Source: Gammaproteobacteria bacterium (lineage in GTDB: Bacteria; Pseudomonadota; Gammaproteobacteria; SZUA-229). Taken from it: a stretch of DNA of 64,000 nucleotides. Below, piece by piece: positions 10,060 through 20,646 of this stretch. The notes under the pieces were generated by a model. The model saw nothing but the letters and a program-made list of their open reading frames with translations. It ran no database searches and was not told the DNA's origin. The position numbers and the translations under genes are program-made. The stretch is taken from assembly GCA_029881795.1 (NCBI GenBank), contig JAOULX010000015.1, positions 1,810 through 65,809 on the forward strand. The letters run 5' to 3'. Positions within the stretch are counted from its first letter, which is position 1. Each line of letters starts with the position of its first letter.

Positions 10060-11757
10060 TTAACTAAAGCGCTCAAAGTCAGAATCGTTACCGGACTTGC
10101 TAGCAGACGGTTTTGTCGGAACTCCTTTTTTCTGGCCAGTCACAGGCTGTACTGCTTTGTCACTTACAGCGCTGGTATCACCATCACTTACTTTAAAAAA
10201 GCTCACCACATTCTGTAACTGTACAGCCTGTGAACTAAGCTCTTCAGAGGTTGCCGCCAGCTCTTCAGATGCTGCGGCATTTGTCTGCGCTACTTTATCT
10301 AACTGTGACACTGCGGTGTTAACCTGGCCGACACCTGCTGCCTGCTCTTCAGAGGCCGCAGTAATTTCCTGTACTAGATCTGCTGTCTTTTGAATCCCCG
10401 GAACTATCTGACTTAACAATGTGCCGGCTTTTTCTGCTATTGTCACACTGCTACTGGCCAGCTCCGATATTTCCTGGGCTGAATCCTGACTACGTTCTGC
10501 CAGTTTACGAACTTCTGCCGCCACCACTGCAAAACCTTTACCGTGCTCACCCGCTCGCGCTGCTTCAATCGCCGCATTTAATGCTAACAAATTGGTTTTA
10601 TATGCAATATCTTCAATAATATTAATTTTCTCTGCAATATTCTTCATTGCAATAACCGTTTCTTCTACTGCTGAACCACCTTCCTGCGCTTCCTTTGATG
10701 CTTTGCTGGCTACTGAATCGGTTGTTTTTGCGTTATCTGCATTTTGATTAATAGAAGCACCCATTTGTTCTAATGACGCACTGGTTTCTTCAATAGATGC
10801 GGCTTGCTCTGTTGCTCCCTGGCTTAATGTCTGCGCCGTCGCACTAATTTCTTCTGAACCCGATGAAATATTATCAACCGAACTACTGACCTCTAACATT
10901 ACATTCTGAATTTTTTCGATAAAGCCGTTAAACGCCCTGGCTGTTTCTCCAATTTCATCGGTTCCAAAATCTGGCAAACGTTGTGTCAGGTCGCCCTCAC
11001 CCTGATCAAGATCACTTGCCGCTGCCCGCATCATATTCATTGGCGTAGTAATCGAACGGACTGCTAAAAACCCACTAACTCCACCAACAATTAAAACCAC
11101 GATACTGATAACTAATATCGTGATAATTGCAGTCTCTTCATGTGAAAGAACCGTCCCAGCTGCCTCTGCTGTGAATTTTTCCAACTCATCCAGCAAGACA
11201 CCAAACTCTTTATTCAATTTATCTTCTTCAGCTTCAATCTTTTCTTCTGCGGCACGCGCTTCTGCAAGCAAGCCTTTGCGTAACTCATCGACTACTATAA
11301 GCACATGCTTGTCCACACTGCTATGCTGCTCACCTATAGACTTAAAGCTTTCACTAACATGCTGAAATTCTTTTAACAACTTATCCGAGTCTGCCTGTTC
11401 GATTGCCGCTGTTACCACCTTTTCTGCCGCTTTCAGTTCTGCCTCGACTTTAGCCATCATTGCCTCAAACTCTTTTTCAAGCTCTTCAAATTTTTCGGCG
11501 GCATGAGCACTGGCCGACATCACTTCGCCATACCGGATCATCCTTTCAAAAATAACAGTTTGTTGAAGCTGATACTGTGTTAATAACGAGACTGATTTAG
11601 TCAGCGGTATATCGTTATTCACAACACCTTTAAGCTCATTCCCAATACTCCCCATAGAAGAGATGGCCAGCACGCCCAGTATTAAAATACCGCTCATGAG
11701 CACGCCAACACCCATATATATTCGGGCACCTACTTTCATATTTTTTATTAATGACAT
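10060..11757 (-). CDS. methyl-accepting chemotaxis protein, two TM helices with a roughly 170-aa helical periplasmic domain
   Basis: TM1 (aa ~12-35), helical periplasmic region, TM2 (IITILVISIVVLIVGGVSGFLAV), then HAMP and the highly conserved signalling domain ([34 protein letters not shown]). Confidence 0.85.
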   Translation of the reverse strand: MSLIKNMKVGARIYMGVGVLMSGILILGVLAISSMGSIGNELKGVVNNDIPLTKSVSLLTQYQLQQTVIFERMIRYGEVMSASAHAAEKFEELEKEFEAMMAKVEAELKAAEKVVTAAIEQADSDKLLKEFQHVSESFKSIGEQHSSVDKHVLIVVDELRKGLLAEARAAEEKIEAEEDKLNKEFGVLLDELEKFTAEAAGTVLSHEETAIITILVISIVVLIVGGVSGFLAVRSITTPMNMMRAAASDLDQGEGDLTQRLPDFGTDEIGETARAFNGFIEKIQNVMLEVSSSVDNISSGSEEISATAQTLSQGATEQAASIEETSASLEQMGASINQNADNAKTTDSVASKASKEAQEGGSAVEETVIAMKNIAEKINIIEDIAYKTNLLALNAAIEAARAGEHGKGFAVVAAEVRKLAERSQDSAQEISELASSSVTIAEKAGTLLSQIVPGIQKTADLVQEITAASEEQAAGVGQVNTAVSQLDKVAQTNAAASEELAATSEELSSQAVQLQNVVSFFKVSDGDTSAVSDKAVQPVTGQKKGVPTKPSASKSGNDSDFERFS

Positions 11758-11774
11758 TTTAATCTCCAGGTCCT

Positions 11775-12581
11775 TTATCTGCTCATCATCGTACGGCCAT
11801 GCAATGGCTGAATAATGCGCGCATTATCTTCAACTAAATTTCTGAATGCTTTTACTTGTTTCGGTGAAATCTGTATCGGGTTTTGAAGAACAAACCAGTT
11901 CACACCTTCAGAGCAAGGCGGGGTGGTTAATGAGCCATTATAGTGATAATAAGACTTATCAGATGGCAGTAATGATGAAGCATTTATAGTGATACTGCCA
12001 TAGGTGTTCACATTGCCGACACTGGAAGGCAAATGATCCCAGGCCTTTTGTAAATTATAATTTGTAACGCCACGATTTATCATTACACCCACCACTGCCA
12101 GGCGGCCATCAGTAGCCTGATGCACCAGATGCATTTCCATTGGACTCGCTCTGCCAGCTATTTTATGTTCACTGGGCGCGTGAAAATGAAATTGTATTAA
12201 GTTATATCGCTTACCACCTGCCAGCAGATAACTGTTGCCGCTGTAGTTTACCTGAATGGTGTGTCCGTTATTAATGATAGCCAGTGAACTGGGCGAATAA
12301 TGGAACTCAAGCTTATCCAGACCCCGGTTAACTGCCTCACGAATATCCACCGGTGACTGATTCTGACCAGCCTTGCAGGTATGATAATCCTCACTCATAT
12401 CCCCCCAGGCATTAGGGCCATTGTCATTACCATATCCCCAATGCGCATTACCATGAGAAGATTTATTTGTTTTAGTAGCATGCTTTTCAGCGCCACCACT
12501 CTGGCTGGCGATTGCATGAGACATAGTCAAACCGATTGTCGCGGCCAGTATTGAAACTGTCATTGTTTTAAATATTTCCAT
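11775..12581 (-). CDS. alpha-class carbonic anhydrase, secreted/periplasmic (signal peptide)
   Basis: N-terminal signal peptide, then alpha-CA motifs HWGYG, QSPVDI, FHFHAPSEH and MHLVHQ (zinc-ligand His triad). There are 17-bp gaps to cheA upstream and to the MCP downstream. Confidence 0.8.
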   Translation of the reverse strand: MEIFKTMTVSILAATIGLTMSHAIASQSGGAEKHATKTNKSSHGNAHWGYGNDNGPNAWGDMSEDYHTCKAGQNQSPVDIREAVNRGLDKLEFHYSPSSLAIINNGHTIQVNYSGNSYLLAGGKRYNLIQFHFHAPSEHKIAGRASPMEMHLVHQATDGRLAVVGVMINRGVTNYNLQKAWDHLPSSVGNVNTYGSITINASSLLPSDKSYYHYNGSLTTPPCSEGVNWFVLQNPIQISPKQVKAFRNLVEDNARIIQPLHGRTMMSR

Positions 12582-12598
12582 TCTTCACTTCCCCTTAT

Positions 12599-14818
12599 TT
12601 AATGTTGTGTTAGCTGTAATTCATGCTTTGAGTTTGAACTCAGCACAGCACTATTTTCCTGATTAGCAGTACGGGAGACTAGCGCAGGCACATCTAAAAT
12701 AACCGCCACCTCACCCGAACCTAATATGGTCGAGCCACCAATTCCCGATAAGTTACTAAATATCTTGCCCAACGGTTTGATAACTGTCTGAAATTCACCC
12801 AGCAACTCATCAACTACAATCCCGGCTTTTTTTCTGGCATATTGCACAACCACGATATTTTCCCGGTTTACCGAAGCCGTTGAATGGTGGAACATTTCTC
12901 TAAGACGGATAAATGGCAGTACTTCACCCCGAAGATTAATATAATCATGTTCCATAGAGGCCTTTCTCTCCTCTTCTGTCAATTCAACACACTCAATTAC
13001 AGAATCCAGCGGGATGACATATGATGCCTTCTCCACCCCAACCAGAAATCCGTCAATTATTGCCAGCGTCAATGGCAAGCGTATTCTGATGGTTGTACCC
13101 AGTCCCATTTGGCTTTCAACATCAATGCTTCCGCGTAAAGATTCAATATTTCTCCTGACAACATCCATGCCTACGCCGCGTCCTGAAATATTTGTAATTT
13201 CTTTTGCGGTAGATAATCCAGCCTCAAATATCAGTCGATATATTTCTGCATCTGTAAGCGTTACACCTTGTTTAACAAGGCCTTTTTCCAGCGCTTTATT
13301 AAGCAGCTTATCTTTATCCAGTCCGCGACCATCATCGGTTACTTCTATAACAATACTACCGGAATCATGATAGGCACTGAGAGATAACTTTCCGACAACA
13401 GGTTTTAAACTGCGCTGCCTCTCATCCGAACTCTCAATGCCATGGTCCATTGAATTTCTAACCAGATGCATTAAAGGGTCAGAAATTTTCTCTACCACTG
13501 TTTTATCCAGCTCTGTATCGGCGCCATTTATTGTCAGCTCAATATCTTTTCCAAGCTCAAGACTGACATCCCGCACAACCCGTTGAAAACGATTAAAGGT
13601 ATCACCAATCTGAACCATTCGTAAACGCAATGCGCTGTCACGGATTTCTTCTACCAGTCGTGAGGTAATAGAGTTGGCTTCCATCAACTCTGAGTTTTCA
13701 CTTTTTTCTGCCAGCAAGAAAGAGCTTGAATTGGCAATCACCAGCTCCCCTACCAGATTGATAAGCTCATCCAGTTTTACCGCATCTACTCTGACAGACT
13801 TTGACTCAGATTTTTTCTTATTGCGAACCACCTGTTGCTTTTCAACAGCAGCGGTGACCACTTGCTGTTCAACCACACCAGAATCAACCAGTATCTCACC
13901 TAAAGGCTGCTCACCACCGGAGTTGGAAATAGCCTGCTGATCATTCAGTACTTTATTCAGCTCTTTTCTGGTTAATACTTTCGTCTTAAGCAGAATTTCA
14001 CCCAGCATTGAGTCTTCTTCTGGTAATTCCTGTATTAAACTAATGTATTCGCCGATCAAACTATTCGGCGGTAAAATTCTAATCTGGCAATCATCTTTAA
14101 CAAAATCAAATACTGACTCGATAGATTCTTTACTTTCCTCTGTTTCAAAACCTATTTCAAATCCCAGATAACAGTCTTCAGGATCGATCTCATGCAACAA
14201 CGGTACGTTATCAAGCAGTGTTGAAATTGAGACGATATTACCTATCCGCTGTAGGTAACGAATAAATGACTGCGGGTCCATTCCACCTTTTAACACGTCA
14301 GGGCCAAATCTTAATGAAATATGCCAGTTATCATTACTCACGCTAAGACTTTCATCTCGCGAAATTTCCTTAATAACTGACGGCGCCGGCTCGGCGTCAT
14401 TGCTTGAATTATTTCTTGTTTGCCCCATACACGATTCAAGCTGTACGATCAGCGACTCACTGATCACCAGTAAATCTCCGGGCACTGAGTCGTCGTTCTC
14501 AACCACATAATTGACCAGCTCGGCCATATGGTCTCCCGACTTTAACAAGACCGCGATAATCTCGTCATTAATAACGATCTCCCGGTCACGAATCTTATCC
14601 AGCAAACTTTCGGCAACGTGAGTAAAGGACACTACATCATCAAACCCAAATACTCCTGCCGTGCCTTTTATGGTATGAGCCGCACGAAAAACAGCGCTCA
14701 CTGCATCCATATCATCAGGCTCGCTTTCAAGATGTAACAGCGCCTGTTCCATATCTTCGAGCAACTCTTCGGCTTCTACCTGAAAGCCTTGTTTGGCCGC
14801 ATCCATTTCATCACTCAT
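12599..14818 (-). CDS. cheA: chemotaxis histidine kinase CheA
   Basis: 739 aa. HPt domain (HTIKGTAGVFGF), dimerisation, HATPase (GRGVGMDVV), C-terminal CheW-like domain. Confidence 0.9.
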   Translation of the reverse strand: MSDEMDAAKQGFQVEAEELLEDMEQALLHLESEPDDMDAVSAVFRAAHTIKGTAGVFGFDDVVSFTHVAESLLDKIRDREIVINDEIIAVLLKSGDHMAELVNYVVENDDSVPGDLLVISESLIVQLESCMGQTRNNSSNDAEPAPSVIKEISRDESLSVSNDNWHISLRFGPDVLKGGMDPQSFIRYLQRIGNIVSISTLLDNVPLLHEIDPEDCYLGFEIGFETEESKESIESVFDFVKDDCQIRILPPNSLIGEYISLIQELPEEDSMLGEILLKTKVLTRKELNKVLNDQQAISNSGGEQPLGEILVDSGVVEQQVVTAAVEKQQVVRNKKKSESKSVRVDAVKLDELINLVGELVIANSSSFLLAEKSENSELMEANSITSRLVEEIRDSALRLRMVQIGDTFNRFQRVVRDVSLELGKDIELTINGADTELDKTVVEKISDPLMHLVRNSMDHGIESSDERQRSLKPVVGKLSLSAYHDSGSIVIEVTDDGRGLDKDKLLNKALEKGLVKQGVTLTDAEIYRLIFEAGLSTAKEITNISGRGVGMDVVRRNIESLRGSIDVESQMGLGTTIRIRLPLTLAIIDGFLVGVEKASYVIPLDSVIECVELTEEERKASMEHDYINLRGEVLPFIRLREMFHHSTASVNRENIVVVQYARKKAGIVVDELLGEFQTVIKPLGKIFSNLSGIGGSTILGSGEVAVILDVPALVSRTANQENSAVLSSNSKHELQLTQH

Positions 14819-14853
14819 AAGACATACTCCTTCTGATATTTATACTCGAGAGT

Positions 14854-15159
14854 TTATTTCTCAATCACTATTGGATCACCAAAATATGTGGTCATATCAA
14901 ATAAATCCAGCAATGAAACCACGGCCGAGCTATGCGCTGTAAAGTTCACGACCTTGTTATCTCTGGCTGCATTTTTTTTCAGCGAAACCATCAACTGAAT
15001 TCCGGCAGTGTCTATTTCAGTCACATTATTAAGACTGACATTAATACAATTAGCTGCAGACAAAGACGACTCAAAAAGCTCTTTTAATTCTCCCGCCTCA
15101 TATATTGTCATATCGGCCGGAATCTGAATGTCGATCTGTTGATTACCCATCTCAATCAC
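14854..15159 (-). CDS. STAS-domain protein (anti-sigma-factor-antagonist-like) inside the che operon
   Basis: 101 aa. The pattern ...TIYEAGELKELF...IDTAGIQLMVSL is reminiscent of SpoIIAA/STAS. It sits between cheA and cheY. Confidence 0.55.
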   Translation of the reverse strand: MIEMGNQQIDIQIPADMTIYEAGELKELFESSLSAANCINVSLNNVTEIDTAGIQLMVSLKKNAARDNKVVNFTAHSSAVVSLLDLFDMTTYFGDPIVIEK

Positions 15160-15170
15160 TACCTATCCAT

Positions 15171-15536
15171 TTATGGCATAATTAGTTTCGATACTGCCGC
15201 CAGCATCTGATCCGGTTTAAATGGCTTAACCACCCAGGCTTTCACGCCTGCCGCCTTACCTCTTTCTTTCATGTCACCGCCGGATTCGGTTGTCAGCATG
15301 ATCACGGGGGTAAATTTATAATTAGGCAGCTTCTTCATTTCTGTAACAAATGTAAGACCATCCATCACCGGCATATTCACATCACTGACAACCAGATTGA
15401 TCTTGGTACCATCAAGTTTACTCAGCGCCTGTTTGCCATCACCCGCTTCTATCACATCGTATCCCGCACCTCTTAATGCGATAGCGACAACCTGCCGTAA
15501 AGAAGACGAATCATCTACTATTAAAATTGTTGCCAT
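15171..15536 (-). CDS. cheY: chemotaxis response regulator CheY
   Basis: 121 aa single receiver domain: MATILIVDDSSSLRQ...VVSDVNMPVMDG...VKPFKP. Confidence 0.85.
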   Translation of the reverse strand: MATILIVDDSSSLRQVVAIALRGAGYDVIEAGDGKQALSKLDGTKINLVVSDVNMPVMDGLTFVTEMKKLPNYKFTPVIMLTTESGGDMKERGKAAGVKAWVVKPFKPDQMLAAVSKLIMP

Positions 15537-15568
15537 TCTTTATTCCCCTTTCTCCATTTAATAGCAAT

Positions 15569-16750
15569 TTAAAAAAACGTTATTTCTTCATCTGCATTTA
15601 CTGACACAGCGTTTTTACCTTCATGATTTCTGTGTTGTTCTTCAGTGGTGTAATGATGTTTCATGCTTTCAACCCACTCATCCACATCAACCTGATTTAC
15701 AGCCTGTCCGCTTTCCAAGCGGCTAATAAAAGTATCTACTTCCTGCTTAAAGTCTTTCTGGTTTTGAACAAGAGCAGCCGTTATCTGACTAACCCGATCC
15801 TGAAACTGAAGATTAACCAGTACCCCGGAAATATCATTCTGAACTTCGGAAGTTTTATTTTTCAGCACTTCTTCATTACGACTTAATTCTTTTAAAACAT
15901 CATGCAGTCTAGTCATAACTTTACTGATCACATCACGGCTATTTTCCAGCGCCACTTCATCCCTTTGTACAGAATCAGATGCCACTGATACCACACCAAA
16001 AATACTGTCTCTGACTTTCGTCACACCATCATTTATTCGTTTACCAGTTTCAGCTGACATGGCCGACAAATTCCTAACCTCGTCGGCCACAACCGCAAAG
16101 CCACGGCCACTTTCTCCTGCACGGGCTGCTTCTATAGCGGCATTTAGCGCCAAAAGATTAGTCTGGTTTGCAAGTTTGCTTACCTCTTCAGCCATTTTGT
16201 CCAGCTCTTCCATGTAACCACTCAGTGACTGAATCTTTTCAAGCATTTCTGTTTTAGCTGTCGCAGCTTCCTGCAACACTGTTAATACAGTGCTCAGCTG
16301 GATCTCACTCATCTGCACGACATTACCCACATCATCATCACTATTGCCTGCAACCAGTGAGAGCGTATCATTCAGATCGACCACAATGGATGCAAACTGT
16401 TCAGTGACACCATTAATCGACACTTCTATTTGCTGCTGAACAGTTTCTTGCTGTGCAATCCAGACCGGTACAATCCTTTGACTTAATTCATGGACCCAGT
16501 CTTTTTTGGGCAGATCTTGTACCTGCTTATTATCATTCGCGTGAATTTCTTTTTTCTGCTTATCAATGACTGCATATTGCAGATTCAAGCTGACGACTGA
16601 AATAACTACGAGCAAAATAATCAGGCCTGTCGAAATAAAACCGCTAGTATAAATAGCAGTCACACTGATAATCAGCAACACAATAGACAACAGGTACTTT
16701 CTCAATATATCCATTCTTTTATGATCTTTCTGTATGAACAAACAGCTCAA
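15569..16750 (-). CDS. methyl-accepting chemotaxis protein, N-terminal TM hairpin only (no periplasmic sensor domain)
   Basis: Two adjacent N-terminal TM helices separated by about 3 residues, then a cytoplasmic signalling domain ([34 protein letters not shown]). The probable true start is the internal Met MDILRKYLL. Confidence 0.8.
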   Translation of the reverse strand: MSCLFIQKDHKRMDILRKYLLSIVLLIISVTAIYTSGFISTGLIILLVVISVVSLNLQYAVIDKQKKEIHANDNKQVQDLPKKDWVHELSQRIVPVWIAQQETVQQQIEVSINGVTEQFASIVVDLNDTLSLVAGNSDDDVGNVVQMSEIQLSTVLTVLQEAATAKTEMLEKIQSLSGYMEELDKMAEEVSKLANQTNLLALNAAIEAARAGESGRGFAVVADEVRNLSAMSAETGKRINDGVTKVRDSIFGVVSVASDSVQRDEVALENSRDVISKVMTRLHDVLKELSRNEEVLKNKTSEVQNDISGVLVNLQFQDRVSQITAALVQNQKDFKQEVDTFISRLESGQAVNQVDVDEWVESMKHHYTTEEQHRNHEGKNAVSVNADEEITFF

Positions 16751-16902
16751 ATATCCAATCGACAGCCTTGAGTATAGACCGTGTTATTTGCGTTTTGCAT
16801 GAATTTGGCGGTGAAATCAAAACTGTAACAGATATGTAACAATTTCTTATTAACTTTGGGGTTATTTCAACACTAAATCAGAATTAGCACCTACTTTTAC
16901 TA

Positions 16903-17991
16903 CTATTTTAATCCTGCATGGTAATAATCCATGATTTTTTTAGGCATCTCCTCCAGCCCCAGCTCCAAATCAACAGCACCTTTTTTTACCGCTTCTTTTG
17001 GCATACCATAGACGACACAGCTTTTTTCGTTTTCTGCCAGTGTATAACTGCCCGCATTTCTCATCTCCAACATACCCGAGGCACCATCATCACCCATTCC
17101 CGTCATAATAATACCCATCGCATTTTTTCCGGCATACTGTGCAACCGATCTGAACAAAACATCCACCGAAGGTTTATGTCGACTGACCAAAGGCCCGTCC
17201 TGAATATTAATTTTATAAATAGCACCACTGCGTTTGATCATCATGTGTTTATCACCCGGTGCTATATAAACATAGCCAGCCAGCACTGATTCTCCATCGA
17301 CCGCCTCTTTAACGGTGACCTCGCAAAGCGTATTCAGCCTCGCTGCAAAGGCTGCAGTAAAAGCACCAGGCATATGCTGCACCACAACTATAGCCGGTGC
17401 TACTCTAGGTAAACAGGTGAGGAGTTTTTCAAGTGCCGTTGTACCGCCTGTCGAGGTACCAATCGCGATTATGCGCTCTGTTGTTCTTGCCATTGCCGAG
17501 GTAACAGGTGCCTTAAGCATGGCATCGGCACTAAGCTTTGCCCTGACCTCGGCAACAGGCACCGTTTTAGCGCCTGAAGCTCTCTTTAATTTAGCCCTTG
17601 ATGCCGCTCTAATAGCGTTCGCAATTTCTTTTGCCGACTCCTCAAGGAAGCCTTTGACGCCCATTTTTGGTTTGGTCACAATCTCTACCGCACCTGCAGA
17701 CATTGCCTGCATCGTGGTCTCTGCACCTTTCTCAGTTAATGTTGAACACATGACGACCGGAGTTGGCTGTTGTTGCATGATCTGCTTGAGAAAAGTAATG
17801 CCGTCCATACGCGGCATTTCGACATCTAGCACAATCACATCCGGCCATTGTTTTTCCATATACTTGATGGCAAATAATGGATCCTGTGCTGCTGCACAAA
17901 CCTCCATATCCGGCTGCGCTGAGACTATTTCTGTCAGCATTTTACGAACTACGGCAGAGTCATCCACTAAAAGAACTTTGATTTTTTCCAT
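16903..17991 (-). CDS. cheB: protein-glutamate methylesterase/deamidase CheB (REC + methylesterase)
   Basis: 362 aa. REC ([15 protein letters not shown]...[13 protein letters not shown]) plus CheB methylesterase core (IAIGTSTGG...VVVQHMP...GMGDDG). Confidence 0.9.
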   Translation of the reverse strand: MEKIKVLLVDDSAVVRKMLTEIVSAQPDMEVCAAAQDPLFAIKYMEKQWPDVIVLDVEMPRMDGITFLKQIMQQQPTPVVMCSTLTEKGAETTMQAMSAGAVEIVTKPKMGVKGFLEESAKEIANAIRAASRAKLKRASGAKTVPVAEVRAKLSADAMLKAPVTSAMARTTERIIAIGTSTGGTTALEKLLTCLPRVAPAIVVVQHMPGAFTAAFAARLNTLCEVTVKEAVDGESVLAGYVYIAPGDKHMMIKRSGAIYKINIQDGPLVSRHKPSVDVLFRSVAQYAGKNAMGIIMTGMGDDGASGMLEMRNAGSYTLAENEKSCVVYGMPKEAVKKGAVDLELGLEEMPKKIMDYYHAGLK

Positions 17992-18103
17992 TCTGTACTG
18001 ACTATCCCGTCTAATAATTATTTTCTTAGATAGTTATAGCTTTGTTTTTACGAACTACCAAGTTTTATCAATTACATTGTTTATATCTAGCACAAATTAC
18101 ACG

Positions 18104-18880
18104 CTAGCTGTTTTTTACCCTGTCCCAGAGCAGAATTAATTGCTGCTCGCTCATCTCAGATACATCCTTGCCCTGCTCTCTGCATAACACCTCTACTTGC
18201 CTGTAACGACTTTCAAATTTATTAGTGGCTCTGCGTAGTGCATTTTCTGCATCAAAATGTAGGTGTCTTGATAAATTAACAACAGAAAATAATAAGTCTC
18301 CGATCTCCTCTTCAATATTTACCTGATTATTATTAATATGCGCTTCTCTGACCTCTGCTAGCTCTTCTTCAATTTTTCTATAAACCGGCTCGATTTGCTG
18401 CCAGTCAAAACCCTCTTTAGCAACCTTTGCTTGCATTTTTTGCGCTACTTTCAGAGCTGGCAGGGCTTTACTTAAGCCATCGAGTGAACTTTCTGTACTT
18501 TTATTTTCAGCCTGTCTCTCCTGCTTTTTGTTATTTTCCCAGGCATTTTTAAATTCAGCTTCATTTTCAAACACAGCATCTGAAAACACATGCGGATGGC
18601 GACGTGTCATTTTCTCAACTATAGCCGTGACCACATCCGAAAAATCAAAACTGCCTTCTTCTTCTGCAAGCTGGCAATAAAAGACCACCTGAAACAAAAG
18701 ATCACCAAGCTCCGTTTTAAGCTCGTTTTTGTCACCTTTATCAATCGCCTCGGCCACTTCATAAACCTCTTCGATGGTATAGGGCACTATCGATTTAAAA
18801 TCTTGTTTTAAGTCCCAGGGACAACCTGTTCCCGGTGTTCTCAAGGATTTCATCAATTCCAGCAATTTCTCGATTTTCAT
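18104..18880 (-). CDS. mazG: nucleoside triphosphate pyrophosphohydrolase MazG
   Basis: 258 aa with tandem MazG/EE-motif domains (EEVYEVAEAIDKGD...ELGDLLFQVV; EELAEVREA...EIGDLLFSVVNL). Confidence 0.85.
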   Translation of the reverse strand: MKIEKLLELMKSLRTPGTGCPWDLKQDFKSIVPYTIEEVYEVAEAIDKGDKNELKTELGDLLFQVVFYCQLAEEEGSFDFSDVVTAIVEKMTRRHPHVFSDAVFENEAEFKNAWENNKKQERQAENKSTESSLDGLSKALPALKVAQKMQAKVAKEGFDWQQIEPVYRKIEEELAEVREAHINNNQVNIEEEIGDLLFSVVNLSRHLHFDAENALRRATNKFESRYRQVEVLCREQGKDVSEMSEQQLILLWDRVKNS

Positions 18881-18947
18881 TTCATCACCTGATATTTCAC
18901 TGCGCTAGCTAATTCACACAACAACACTCTAACACTATTTTTAAGGC

Positions 18948-18977
18948 AAAAAAAAACGCCCAACAGGGCGTTTTTTT
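18948..18977. terminator. bidirectional rho-independent terminator (A9-CGCCC-aaca-GGGCG-T7)
   Basis: A perfect 5-bp GC stem with a tetraloop, flanked by an A-run and a T-run. It sits 16 bp downstream of the minus-strand OMP gene stop. Confidence 0.7.
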
Positions 18978-18992
18978 GATCTGCCGAATCAC

Positions 18993-19571
18993 TTAAAAGC
19001 TGATTCGAATACCCAGATGCATCGCATCATCCAGATCAAACTCATTTGCAAGCTCATCTTTAAAGGTCATTACCCTGTAGCCAATATAGGCACGAGCATT
19101 CGGCGAGACTTCTGCTTCTATATCAAAGCGCGCTTCAGAGAATCCTTCCGCATCACCAAAACCGGTGATAGAGGGCACACTATAACCTTCAAATAACAAA
19201 GCTACCGGCGTTGAAGACGGGAATACATACCTGACTAGGCCGCCGATTCCCATACCACCACCCTGCACGTTAGCCAGACCGAGATCTGCTACATAGGCTT
19301 TAACACCAACGCCAAACTGCAACGCCCTTTTACCACCAGCGCCATTTGCACTAACCAGCAATGAAGCTGACACCATAATGTCGTCATTATTATTAAAATA
19401 ATAACTCCAGCCGATATCTGAGCCGCCATAACCAAAGCTGGATGACTTATACAGATAAAATATTTCTGCCGTGTCTTCGCCGATACGGACATCGAAACCT
19501 GTGGCATTTGCCTGCAAGCTGCCAAGCATTAAACATACTGCCAACAACCACTTACTATAACTTAAACGCAT
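18993..19571 (-). CDS. small outer-membrane beta-barrel protein (OmpW/OmpX-like)
   Basis: Signal peptide (MRLSYSKWLLAVCLMLGSLQANA), alternating amphipathic beta-strand-like segments rich in G/Y, and a C-terminal ...RISF aromatic terminus. Confidence 0.5.
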   Translation of the reverse strand: MRLSYSKWLLAVCLMLGSLQANATGFDVRIGEDTAEIFYLYKSSSFGYGGSDIGWSYYFNNNDDIMVSASLLVSANGAGGKRALQFGVGVKAYVADLGLANVQGGGMGIGGLVRYVFPSSTPVALLFEGYSVPSITGFGDAEGFSEARFDIEAEVSPNARAYIGYRVMTFKDELANEFDLDDAMHLGIRISF

Positions 19572-19662
19572 CTTAACCTTACCCCATAAAAAATGCTGAA
19601 CCTGCTGGCATTATAGCGCAGAATTCAGCATTAGTTAGTCAATATCTTTAATTCGTGAGCTG

Positions 19663-20646
19663 TTACACAGTCTGGTAGTACAGGTTTTGTGGATGATTTG
19701 CCTGCGCAAAGAAGAACCAGCGCTCAAAAATCAGACCAACAAACTGCACAACAAATGCAACTACCAGTAAAAATGAGTCAGCTGAACCAAAACCTGCTAG
19801 CAATAAAATCACAGGAACTGGGAAAACCAGCAGCATGAAAATATATTTAATCGATTTTAAGAACTTCGCTGTCTTGCCATGAAAATACTCACGCGTGTTA
19901 TACGAACCACCCTGCATACCCATTGCTTTTTGCTGAATCTTGTTATGACGCACACCCAGTGCAGACTTCATAGAAGATTTATATTTAATACGTGAGTTAC
20001 GATATAAGGTTGCCGCACGTGTAAACAAAACCACAACTGTCAGTACAACTGCCCACAGACTAAAGAATTTGGTCATTTCCGGTGCATTGTAAAAAGTACT
20101 GAACGCCGCAGCCATGGTGAAACCTGAAGCCGTACCAAACAGTGCATAGTTAATCACCGTTAATGGCGTCGCCCATTCCTGCAGAAACTTGATACAGGCG
20201 TAGATCATGCCAGTACAGATAAACAGAACGAACGATGCAATCATCGCCAGACTGCCTGAAACAATCAGACTGTAGCTGAAGTGGTTACCCACAGAGTCAC
20301 TGTAGATAATGCCATCTAATCCAAATAAATGAATAACACCGTAAATAAAAATCATCAGCATCATAAATGGCAGCGCGATAACTTCACGTGATAACCATGA
20401 AGTACGCCACATGCTTGCCGCACGCCATGCACGCTCAGGGTGACCTAAGTGAAAGACTGAAGCGATCAGCCCAGCAACTAAAAAGATTAACGCCAACACA
20501 CTACCTATACCGAAGAAATTAGTGTCTGACATTGAAGGCAATAAGTTCAGTTCAGTGTAAGCCTGAGCTGAAAACAATGCCAAAAATAAACCCTGACCAG
20601 TACCGATCAAAGTCGTTAAAAATACTACCGAAAACGCAGGATGCAT
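19663..20646 (-). CDS. soeC: NrfD/PsrC-family polytopic membrane quinone-interacting subunit of a molybdoenzyme complex (SoeC-like)
   Basis: 327 aa, about 8-10 TM helices. Third gene of a three-gene complex with the Mo and Fe-S subunits. Confidence 0.55.
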   Translation of the reverse strand: MHPAFSVVFLTTLIGTGQGLFLALFSAQAYTELNLLPSMSDTNFFGIGSVLALIFLVAGLIASVFHLGHPERAWRAASMWRTSWLSREVIALPFMMLMIFIYGVIHLFGLDGIIYSDSVGNHFSYSLIVSGSLAMIASFVLFICTGMIYACIKFLQEWATPLTVINYALFGTASGFTMAAAFSTFYNAPEMTKFFSLWAVVLTVVVLFTRAATLYRNSRIKYKSSMKSALGVRHNKIQQKAMGMQGGSYNTREYFHGKTAKFLKSIKYIFMLLVFPVPVILLLAGFGSADSFLLVVAFVVQFVGLIFERWFFFAQANHPQNLYYQTV

